64,000 bases of DNA from an uncultured archaeon (lineage in GTDB: Archaea > Aenigmatarchaeota > Aenigmatarchaeia > QMZP01): contig CAZAEI010000001.1 of the NCBI GenBank assembly GCA_964484305.1, positions 26,936-90,935 on the forward strand, given 5' to 3'. A model generated the notes under the pieces. That model saw only the letters and a program-made list of their open reading frames with translations, did no database searches and was not told where the DNA came from. Shown piece by piece: positions 28,895 to 36,897 of the stretch. How positions within the stretch are numbered: the stretch's first letter is position 1; each line of letters starts with the position of its first letter. Made by a program: the position numbers and the translations under genes.

Positions 28895-30115
28895 ATGCCA
28901 TCAATTTGCATATATTTCCAGGTCCACCAGCCCATGAGGCTCAGGGGATTCAGCGCCTTTGATATAGGAAAATCCAGGGAATACTTTGACAGTGATAAGA
29001 ACCGGTTCTATCTCGAGAGGGTGTCCAGGAAGTGCTATCTTCCCACCAACAGAAGGATTCTTGAGCTGATAAGCAAGACTGATGGGAGATTCAGGTTCTC
29101 ATTCAGCATCACAGGCATCCTCCTGGAAGAGCTCGAGAGGGGGTTTCCCAAGGTCCTGGACTCCTTCAGGAGGCTTGTCGATACCGGCTCGGTGGAGCTG
29201 TTCAATGAGACCTACTACCACAGCCTGGCCTACCTTGTTTCAGAGAGGGAGTTCAGGGAACAGGTAAAACTTCACAGGGAGAAGCTGTGGGACATCTTTG
29301 GTGTGAAGCCCAGGATTTTCAGGAATACCGAGGCCATGTACGGGAACGATGTCGCAAGGCTGGCCCGGAGGATGGGCTTCAGGGGCATCGTGGCTGAGGG
29401 CCTCTCCCATGTCCTTGGGTGGAGGTCTCCAAACTACCTCTATACCCCGCCCGACTCTGACATCAGGGTATTCCTCAGGAACTACAAGCTGAGCGATGAC
29501 ATAGGCTTCAGGTTCTCGTGCAGGGAGTGGCCTGAGTGGCCGCTGACAGCGGACAAATATGCCAACTGGCTGAGCAGGGCCGGCGGGGATGTTGTAAACA
29601 TCTTCATAGACTACGAGACCTTTGGGGAACACCAGTGGCAGGAAACCGGTATCTTTGATTTCCTGATGCACCTTCCCCAGGAGGTTCTCGAGCACGAGGG
29701 CCTGCAGTTCATGACCCCGAGTGAGATACTGAAGGCAAAGACGCCCGTGGGTGTCTATGACGTGCCCTATCTGACATCTTGGGCCGACGTCCACAGGGAC
29801 CTCAGCGCCTGGCTTGAGAACTCCATGCAGCAGCAGGCCTTCAGCGAGGTGAAGGCCCTCGAGCCCCTGGTGAGAAGGAGGAAGCATCTTCTGGATGCCT
29901 GGAGGAAGCTCCAGACCAGTGACCATTTCTACTACATGTGCACAAAGTGGTTCGCTGACGGGGATGTGCACAAGTACTTCAACTACTATGAGACCCCTTA
30001 TGATGCATTCCTGAACTTCATGAACATCCTGACCGATTTAAAGAGCAGGGTGCAGAAAAAACCCAAACCATCCTATAGTGCTCCAAATAATAAACCTGGC
30101 TATTATAGTACCTGA
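28895..30115 (+). CDS. glycoside hydrolase family 57 protein (alpha-amylase/alpha-glucan-processing)
   Basis: The ATG at 28895 gives MPSICIYFQVHQPMRL, the characteristic GH57 N-terminus. The track ORF starts upstream at 28820. Confidence 0.75.
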   Translation: MPSICIYFQVHQPMRLRGFSAFDIGKSREYFDSDKNRFYLERVSRKCYLPTNRRILELISKTDGRFRFSFSITGILLEELERGFPKVLDSFRRLVDTGSVELFNETYYHSLAYLVSEREFREQVKLHREKLWDIFGVKPRIFRNTEAMYGNDVARLARRMGFRGIVAEGLSHVLGWRSPNYLYTPPDSDIRVFLRNYKLSDDIGFRFSCREWPEWPLTADKYANWLSRAGGDVVNIFIDYETFGEHQWQETGIFDFLMHLPQEVLEHEGLQFMTPSEILKAKTPVGVYDVPYLTSWADVHRDLSAWLENSMQQQAFSEVKALEPLVRRRKHLLDAWRKLQTSDHFYYMCTKWFADGDVHKYFNYYETPYDAFLNFMNILTDLKSRVQKKPKPSYSAPNNKPGYYST

Positions 30116-30140
30116 CATAACTTTTTGGAATAATGTCAGG
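30111..30140. terminator. hairpin with T5 run between convergent GH57 and GT3 genes
   Basis: cctgacat / aactttttggaataa / atgtcagg. The 8-bp stem encloses the GH57 stop codon, and an oligo-T run sits in the loop. Confidence 0.3.
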
Positions 30141-30276
30141 TACAACTAGCAAAGGACACTTTCCAATTTATTATGCCCTTTACTATAATTGTTGAGAGCA
30201 CAACCAGCAAACCAAATCCAAGCAGAGATTATTTATTTGGTTTACTACAGTGTTCCAAGGGAACAGTGCACTCAAA

Positions 30277-32133
30277 CTACGAAAGGTTGTCGGAAGGGAT
30301 TATTTCCTTGTTTGGCTGTCTGGACAGTGCCATGTCATAGACCTTGATGTAGTTCTTTATGAGGTTTCCCCAGTCAGCAAGCATGGAGAGCTGCTTGGCC
30401 CTTATCTTGAACTGCCCCCTCTGCCTCTTGCTCATGTTGTATATACTGAGGAGCTGCTCCTCAAGGCAGGACACGCTCTGTTCATAGGTCTTGCCCTCCC
30501 TGGGAACAACCACTATGCTGCAGTCATCCTTTCTCAGATGAGGCTTGATGAACCTTCCGTATCCTGCAAGGTCGGTGGTGATGCTCTGGCATCCTAGGGC
30601 GGCTGCCTCGAGGGGGGTGTATCCCCAGGGCTCATAGTAGGAGGGGAAAACCCCTGCATGGCAGCCTATAATGGCATTGTAGTAGTTCAGTCCAAGGATG
30701 CCGTCTGTTGAGGAGAGGTAGGTTGGATAGTATATGACCTTCACCCTGTCCTTGGGGTGGTTAAGGAGGTTGTTTCTCTCCAGGCTGTGTGTTATTTCAT
30801 TGGGCTCGACCTCGAAGGGTGAGATTGGGGGCTGTCCCTTCTTCCAGAGATAGAGACCTGTTTTCTTGAGCTCGTGAACAAAGGGCTCATCGATTATATT
30901 GGAGTACTTCACCGATTTTCTCTGGGCAAAGGCGCTCATTATATTTTCCCCTATCTTCTTGGATTCCTTCTTGATGGCTTCTTCAAGGTCCTCAAAGAGG
31001 GCGAGGTTCTCCATGATGTCCGGGAGCCTGCCTCTGACATGGCAGGGAACCCAGATAAAGGCAACCACTGTCTTCTTGGATTTAGTCTTCATGAGCCTTT
31101 TGTTAAGCCTGCCCAGGGCATCCAGAAAGAGGTCGATGCCCTTGTTGTGGAATTCGAACCTTCCTGAGATAAAGTATAGTATTGTGTTCTTGGTGTCTAT
31201 GGGATAGTAGGGGGAGAAAAAGGCTGTCACGAATTTCCTTATGTGGTCGCGGTGGGTGATATGCAGGCTCGAGAGGTCTTCCATGGCATGGAACTTGGTC
31301 ATGTCAAGGCCGTTGTGTATGATTAGGTCGGGCTTCCTGCCCAGGATGAACTCACACTCCCTGCCAAGGATGTCCGAGACTGTGGTGAATACATCGGAGT
31401 TCTGGGCAGAGGCGCGCTCCATGCTGTGCTTGTCCATGAGCTGGTACTCCCTGGCCTTGTCGTCAGAGACTGTCTGTTTCTCGGAGAGGCCCGAGTTTAT
31501 CAGGGTATAGATATCCTCCCTGCCGGTCCCTGCAATGGACCTTCCCAGCATGGTCGCATGGGTCGTGAAGACCGTCTTCACCGGGACCTTCTTCTCCTTG
31601 ATATAGAGGAGGCCGGCCCCTGAAAGCCACTCATGGAAGTGGGCAACCACCCTGCCCCCTATTGCGCTGCTCCTCAGTAGCTCCTCTACCAGAAAGCCCG
31701 TTGTCCGTGACCATGGAAGGGGCTCGTCATAGAACCAGGAGGTGTTGAGAGAATCCACCCCCGCAAAATCCCAGAGCTCTTCCTTGATTTTGTTGATGCT
31801 CGCCCTGTAGCCTGCGGGGTCTATAAGTATGGTCAGTGGCCTCTCCCTGAGAAGCTTATGGCCCCTGATAAGCCACCGGCCGTAATAGCAGTTGATTCCG
31901 TACTTCTTGTGAAGCGCGTTGAAGGCCTTCTGGAACTTCAGGGGCGGCTTCTCCTGCTCGAATTCCAGAGAGGCCTGTTTCTCATAATAAGGGCCCACTG
32001 CAATGTAGTTCTGGATGCTTTCCATCATCCTGGACATCTTGGATGTTATGACGGTGTAGATGCCCCCTGCCTTGTTGCACACCTCGTAGCTTACTTCAAG
32101 AACCGTGATGTCCTTCTTTGCATTGTCTGGCAT
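30277..32133 (-). CDS. glycogen synthase, eukaryote-like GT3 family
   Basis: The N-terminus VLEVSYEVCNKAGGIYTVITSK matches the GT3 glycogen synthase signature (EV.WEV.NKVGGIYTV). 618 aa. Confidence 0.75.
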   Translation of the reverse strand: MPDNAKKDITVLEVSYEVCNKAGGIYTVITSKMSRMMESIQNYIAVGPYYEKQASLEFEQEKPPLKFQKAFNALHKKYGINCYYGRWLIRGHKLLRERPLTILIDPAGYRASINKIKEELWDFAGVDSLNTSWFYDEPLPWSRTTGFLVEELLRSSAIGGRVVAHFHEWLSGAGLLYIKEKKVPVKTVFTTHATMLGRSIAGTGREDIYTLINSGLSEKQTVSDDKAREYQLMDKHSMERASAQNSDVFTTVSDILGRECEFILGRKPDLIIHNGLDMTKFHAMEDLSSLHITHRDHIRKFVTAFFSPYYPIDTKNTILYFISGRFEFHNKGIDLFLDALGRLNKRLMKTKSKKTVVAFIWVPCHVRGRLPDIMENLALFEDLEEAIKKESKKIGENIMSAFAQRKSVKYSNIIDEPFVHELKKTGLYLWKKGQPPISPFEVEPNEITHSLERNNLLNHPKDRVKVIYYPTYLSSTDGILGLNYYNAIIGCHAGVFPSYYEPWGYTPLEAAALGCQSITTDLAGYGRFIKPHLRKDDCSIVVVPREGKTYEQSVSCLEEQLLSIYNMSKRQRGQFKIRAKQLSMLADWGNLIKNYIKVYDMALSRQPNKEIIPSDNLS

Positions 32134-32196
32134 GCTTAATATTTGGCTCGGCTGGCTAATAAATCAGACTGACACGCGGTCTCATAAAGCCTGCAG

Positions 32197-32633
32197 GTGT
32201 CTATAGGGAAGGTTTATTATGCAAATAAGCCCTATCTTAACACGAGGGTTGCTGTTCGTGGGATGGGCGAGGCCAGGAGTAATGTAATACTGCTTTCTGT
32301 TTTCAGTTTCCTGCTCTGGGCCTCTCTTGGGGCACTGGCGCCGATAGAGTTCCTTTTCCTGGGTTCCCTGGTCGAAAATGTTGCCATAAGGGGCCTGATA
32401 TTGGGCATACCAGGTCTGGTCATCATGGTCTTTGCTCCATGTGCAATAAAAAATCTGTATACTTTGGCTATTCCTCCAGCCTGGGCTCACTGGGCGGCAT
32501 CATTGGCGCAGTCATATCCGGCTTTCTGGTATATTTTTTCGGGGTCGAGATGACCGTCCTGATGCTTGGCCTGTTTGTTCTGTTGCCGCCGATTCCCTTT
32601 CTGGCTGCCTACCTGCTGAAAGGGTTGCCCTGA
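32197..32633 (+). pseudogene. possible MFS-type transporter gene remnant split over two frames
   Basis: Two adjacent or overlapping ORFs in different frames (32197..32553 and 32439..32633) encode hydrophobic TM-like segments (..LGSLGGIIGAVISGFLVYFFGVEMTVLMLGLFVLLPP..). No full-length partner is present. Confidence 0.3.
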
Positions 32634-32648
32634 CTGTATATTGGACAG

Positions 32649-34583
32649 TCACTTCCTGATTATCCTGAATCTCCTGTCAGAACAGGAGACCCTGACTGAT
32701 TTGCCTGACTTTCTGAAGCCGAGTCTGAGCAGGCCATGGCCTGTCCTTCGGAGGCGCTCTATCCTGTTTATCCCGGGAGGGAGCCTAGGGGAGACTGTTA
32801 TGGTCCTTTTCAGGGAGTTGATTTCGATGCCGAGCATGAACTCGTCAACAAGCCTTGGGATGAAACCAGAGCCCCAGAGCTGCAGGGGGCATCCCGACAG
32901 GGTGAGGTTCGAGGAGTTCCAGCACTCCCCTATGCAGCCCAGGGAGTCCCTATCCATGTCTTCAAGAAGAATCTTGAGGTATTTCCAGCCCCCCGCAGGC
33001 CTGCCTGAAAGGAACTCTGCCGCGCAGGCCCAGGCAGTGGTCAGGGACCATGCCGCCCCTGTGTGGTAGCCACCGGGGTCGAATTCTGCCTCGCCACCTG
33101 CCCTGCTCCTGACCCCCCTCCTGGTTGTGAAGGGCTCGGACTCGATTGCCTCCAGAACCTCCCTTGCATGCCTCCGGAAGCCGCAAAGCAGCGGGACCAG
33201 GGCGTTGGCTGTTCTGATTGCAACGGCCTGCTTCCAGAAGAGCCTGTCCGCAAAGAAGCCGTTGTGGAAGAAGTCCCTCTCGAGGTTCTCCCTCAGAATG
33301 CCTGCCGTGGAGGATACCTCTTCAACAAGGCCATTCCTGTCAGGGAGCAGGGAGAGCATGTGCCGGGCAGAGAGCAGGGCCCTGTAATAGAGGGCCTGGA
33401 TATCCACCGCCCTGGAATCCCTCTTCAGGGTGTCCATCCATGTCTCTGGGAAATCCAGGTCGTGCTCTATATAGCCGTCACCGTCGGTGTCGTGTGAAAG
33501 GAGAAAGCGCGTGCTGGTCTCCAGGTAAGGCCTCATCCTCCTAAGAAAGGCGAGGTCTCCTGAGTTCATGACATAATTTTCGAGGGAGATTATCCAGAGG
33601 GGTGTGGGGTCAAGGGCGTTCATGTGCCTCCCCTCGGTCTCTGATACCTGGTTTGGGATCCTTCCCTTCTCAGAGGATGCGGCAAAGAATTCCAGGGTTT
33701 TCCTGACATCCTCGAAGTATCCCAGGGCTGTCAGGGAGGGGATTACCCAGAAGGTGTCGCGGGCCCAGAAATGCTGGAACCAGGGGAGGCCTGCATACCA
33801 GCCAGCCTGGCCGGGGCCCTCCTTTCTGCAGAGCTCAGTGGCCAGGATGCTCCATGAGAATCCCCTCTTTAGGAGTTTGTTATCGGTTTTTATGATTCCC
33901 TGAAGGGCAGAAAGGCGACGCTGCCTCTCAAGGAGGGATTTTGACAGGTTCCCCGGGGGTGGCAACCGCTCTGGATTTAATGAGGGTGTGAATACAAGGG
34001 TAAGTCTCTTGCCAGAAGCGGCTATCCTGCCCGGGGTGAAGTAGTTCTGTGGCTCCCCTGAGGGGCAGTGCTCCCTGTAGGTTGGGCCTTCCTCGAATAT
34101 CAGGCCGGGAACCCCCGAGGCCCTGAGGGAGCCAAGGCTATTGTAGACCGTGACAGTGTTCCCTGACTTCCTTACAGAATATGGCCTGTCTGTCCTGTTC
34201 TCTGAGCGCCTCCTTATGTTGACAGCGAGCTCGAGCTCGAATTCCGCCGGTTTCCTGGCAGACAGCTCCATGACCAGGTGGCCTGTCTCTGGAAGGAACA
34301 ATGCCTGTGTTATCAGGTTGCCATGGCTCTTGAAGGTATGGGTTGCCTTTAAACCATCATAGACTAGGCCCCTACAGTTTCTTTCAGAGAGCCACTCCCC
34401 GCCGGCCTTCAGGGCAAGGAACTCCAAGAATTTGGTCTCCCTGTGCCAGAGGCCTGTCCACTTGTTCCTAAACCCCGAGTCTGCAAAGCGGTGGAAGAAG
34501 CAGGATTTGTTCGAGAGGAAATAGGAATTCTTCCAGAGGCCCGACCTTCTCACAAACTCCATATATAAGAAATGGTTTCCCAC
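32649..34583 (-). CDS. glycogen debranching enzyme (amylo-alpha-1,6-glucosidase, GDE_C six-hairpin domain)
   Basis: The FWARDTFW motif and a large (alpha/alpha)6-type C-terminal domain are present. The track start at 34583 is GTG; the ATG at 34562 is an alternative start. Confidence 0.75.
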   Translation of the reverse strand: MGNHFLYMEFVRRSGLWKNSYFLSNKSCFFHRFADSGFRNKWTGLWHRETKFLEFLALKAGGEWLSERNCRGLVYDGLKATHTFKSHGNLITQALFLPETGHLVMELSARKPAEFELELAVNIRRRSENRTDRPYSVRKSGNTVTVYNSLGSLRASGVPGLIFEEGPTYREHCPSGEPQNYFTPGRIAASGKRLTLVFTPSLNPERLPPPGNLSKSLLERQRRLSALQGIIKTDNKLLKRGFSWSILATELCRKEGPGQAGWYAGLPWFQHFWARDTFWVIPSLTALGYFEDVRKTLEFFAASSEKGRIPNQVSETEGRHMNALDPTPLWIISLENYVMNSGDLAFLRRMRPYLETSTRFLLSHDTDGDGYIEHDLDFPETWMDTLKRDSRAVDIQALYYRALLSARHMLSLLPDRNGLVEEVSSTAGILRENLERDFFHNGFFADRLFWKQAVAIRTANALVPLLCGFRRHAREVLEAIESEPFTTRRGVRSRAGGEAEFDPGGYHTGAAWSLTTAWACAAEFLSGRPAGGWKYLKILLEDMDRDSLGCIGECWNSSNLTLSGCPLQLWGSGFIPRLVDEFMLGIEINSLKRTITVSPRLPPGINRIERLRRTGHGLLRLGFRKSGKSVRVSCSDRRFRIIRK

Positions 34584-34602
34584 ATTATATTAGTGGTGCC
34601 TG

Positions 34603-35514
34603 ATGGGAAGGGTATTTGTTCTGGGGGACCTCAACGTGGACATGCTCTGCCATGTTAAAGCCATGCCTGCTAGGGGGGGTGAGGTCCATGCTGATTCCAT
34701 CAGGTTCTCCATAGGCGGGAACGCGGCCAACTTCGCGGTTGCTCTGGGCAGGCTCGGTGTCCGGCCCGAGTTCTATTCCTGCATAGGTGATGACTTCTCA
34801 TCGGATTTCCTGAGAAGGGAGCTTAAATCCTCGGGTGTGAAGCCAGTGCTCAGGGAGGTTCCCGGGAGCAGCGGCTACACAGTTGCATTTGTTCTCAGGA
34901 GCGGTAACAGAAGGTTCGTGTCCAATAAGGGTGCGTCAGGGCTGCTGAAGGCGCAGGATTTGAAGCCCATCCTGGAGGGGGTAAGGCCCGGGGACATTGT
35001 CTACACGGGTGGGCTGTTCCACCTTCCGGGCCTGGCCAGGGGCTTTGCGGGATTTGCGAGGGCTGCCAGGAAGAGGGGAGCGACCCTGATGCTTGACTTC
35101 AGCTTTGATGAGACCGGATGCTTCAGTGGGTTTGAGGGCCTTGCCAGGCACCTGGACATGGTATTCATGAACGAGAGCGAGCTCAAGCGATTCGGCAGGG
35201 GTGACCTCAGAAAGTCCCTCGGGGGGGTCTCGGGCCTCGGAATCAGGGATGTCATAGTCAAGCTGGGAAGCAGGGGCTCCCTGTTCTATACAAACGGCAT
35301 GCTGAAGAAAGAGCCTGCGAGAAGGGTGAAGGTTTTGGATACCACCGGTGCGGGGGATGTCTTCAATGCCGCCTTTGTCTACGGGTTCATGAGCGGCCTC
35401 CTGCCGGAGCAGTGCCTTAGGCTTGGCAACTGGGTGGCTGCATGGAAGGTGGCCCGTACAGGAATAACCGTGCCGCCAAGGGAAGGTATTTCTGACTTTC
35501 TGAGGAAGCTGTAG
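34603..35514 (+). CDS. PfkB-family carbohydrate kinase
   Basis: An N-terminal GG-type motif (VLGDLNVDM) and a C-terminal DTTGAGDVFNAAF motif mark a ribokinase/PfkB kinase. Confidence 0.8.
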   Translation: MGRVFVLGDLNVDMLCHVKAMPARGGEVHADSIRFSIGGNAANFAVALGRLGVRPEFYSCIGDDFSSDFLRRELKSSGVKPVLREVPGSSGYTVAFVLRSGNRRFVSNKGASGLLKAQDLKPILEGVRPGDIVYTGGLFHLPGLARGFAGFARAARKRGATLMLDFSFDETGCFSGFEGLARHLDMVFMNESELKRFGRGDLRKSLGGVSGLGIRDVIVKLGSRGSLFYTNGMLKKEPARRVKVLDTTGAGDVFNAAFVYGFMSGLLPEQCLRLGNWVAAWKVARTGITVPPREGISDFLRKL

Positions 35515-35526
35515 TGCTCCTCTGCT

Positions 35527-36417
35527 TTAGAATGAGAAGATTGTCTTGTTTCTCTCCTCCGATTCTGCCCTTTCCCTCACCATCTGTGAGAACCTTTCTA
35601 CTATCCATTCATAGTATTCGGGGGGCATGGCCTTCTTCTGGACCTCGGGGAGGTCATTGAAGGCGTCTATCAAAAAGGGGTTTCCGTCGATGTCTATTGA
35701 CCATTCCAAGGCATTGAAGTCAAGGTCCAGGCTGGAGTTCAGTTTTATGGTCCACTTGGAAAGCTTGTCCACAAGGCCCTCTATCGGCTTCAGGTCAGAC
35801 CATATATATTCCCCCCCACACCCGGGTCTCGGGTTGTACTTAACAAAAAGAACCTCTCCTTTGCCAACACAGAATACTCGATAGTAATCCTTGTGCTCGA
35901 TTTTTTCCTGGACCAGGAGCACGTGCTTGCTCTTCAGGGAGTCATAGAGATTCCTGAGCTCGTTCATGCTGTTCACGAAGTAGACATTCTCCCATGCAAA
36001 GCCGTTGTGGGGCTTGAGGACGCACGGGAACCCTATCTCCTTCCCTACATGCCCCAGGTTCGGCTCCCTGACGCTGTCGCCTACATCCCACTCATCGTTA
36101 ATGAGGGGCAGCACCATGGTCCTGGGGTGCGGTATGCCGAGGGCACTGCATATCCTGGTGTCCACTATCTTGTTGGTGGCGGTGAAAGAGAACGGGTTGT
36201 TTATCACATAGGCCCCGCCAAGGGAAAGGCTCTTCACGGCCTCCAAGAGAAAGGGGTGGTTGTAGCTCATCCTGTCAACCACAACGCTATAATCCAGATT
36301 AGGGGGTATGCTGACCTCCCGGAGGGAGATGAAGTCTGTCTCCAGGTCAGAGAGTTTCGATACAATGTCTTTTATGAACTCATCGTCCCTGAGCTCCAGG
36401 ATTCCTACACTGGCCAT
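35527..36417 (-). CDS. ATP-grasp domain protein
   Basis: 296 aa. An FPCVLKPHNGFAWENVYFV-type ATP-grasp core is present. The substrate is unknown. Confidence 0.5.
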   Translation of the reverse strand: MASVGILELRDDEFIKDIVSKLSDLETDFISLREVSIPPNLDYSVVVDRMSYNHPFLLEAVKSLSLGGAYVINNPFSFTATNKIVDTRICSALGIPHPRTMVLPLINDEWDVGDSVREPNLGHVGKEIGFPCVLKPHNGFAWENVYFVNSMNELRNLYDSLKSKHVLLVQEKIEHKDYYRVFCVGKGEVLFVKYNPRPGCGGEYIWSDLKPIEGLVDKLSKWTIKLNSSLDLDFNALEWSIDIDGNPFLIDAFNDLPEVQKKAMPPEYYEWIVERFSQMVRERAESEERNKTIFSF

Positions 36418-36616
36418 TGGCGCACCGGATTCTTCTATATTTGATTATGGTTGAGGTCTATTAAAAGTGCAGGGGGTTAATGCTATCAGAATGCTAAGTG
36501 GAATAGCCATGCCGCCTGTGGAGAAGGTCTCGGGCTTTCTGAAGGGGTTTTAGGCCTGTTTCTCTTTACCTTTAATTGGTTAACTGTTCGAATTGCTTAG
36601 TTAACAGAAGCGTTAG

Positions 36617-36660
36617 TTTTATATGGGGGCTCTGACTAATCATTAATAATCATCATTAAT
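36617..36660 (+). promoter_or_regulatory. TATA-like box plus 9-bp direct repeats (ATCATTAAT x2) upstream of the wHTH/giant-gene pair
   Basis: ttttatatg at 36617-36625. atcattaat occurs at 36639-36647 and again at 36652-36660, a 13-bp period, between the TATA box and the ATG at 36670. Confidence 0.35.
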
Positions 36661-36669
36661 GCTGATTAA

Positions 36670-36897
36670 ATGAAGCGGCAGGATGGCGACATAAAGGGAA
36701 GAATTCTTAAGCTTATCTCTAGGAAGCCATATGGTCTGAGCATTGAGGAGATTTCGAGAGAGCTGAAAATAAACAGGGCCACTACTGTAAAATATCTTGC
36801 GTTTCTGGAAGGCCAGGGGCGGATTCTTGTGAGGGAGCTGGGCAAGGCCAAGCTACACTATCCAAGGACGAGGAGGGTTGAGGCATGGCTGCTCTAG
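36670..36897 (+). CDS. small winged-helix transcriptional regulator
   Basis: 75 aa. Its pattern (GRILKLISRKPYGLSIEEISRELKINRATTVKYLAFLEGQGRIL) is a typical ArsR/TrmB-like wHTH. Its 3' end overlaps the giant ORF's start by 13 nt. Confidence 0.6.
   Translation: MKRQDGDIKGRILKLISRKPYGLSIEEISRELKINRATTVKYLAFLEGQGRILVRELGKAKLHYPRTRRVEAWLL

Noticed and set aside
36440-36670. tRNA or C/D-box sRNA in the AT-rich spacer before the wHTH gene (gttcgaattgc resembles a T-arm)
   Set aside because: No complementary acceptor stem or anticodon-arm geometry could be found, and no C (RUGAUGA)/D (CUGA) box pairing. It is treated as promoter DNA.
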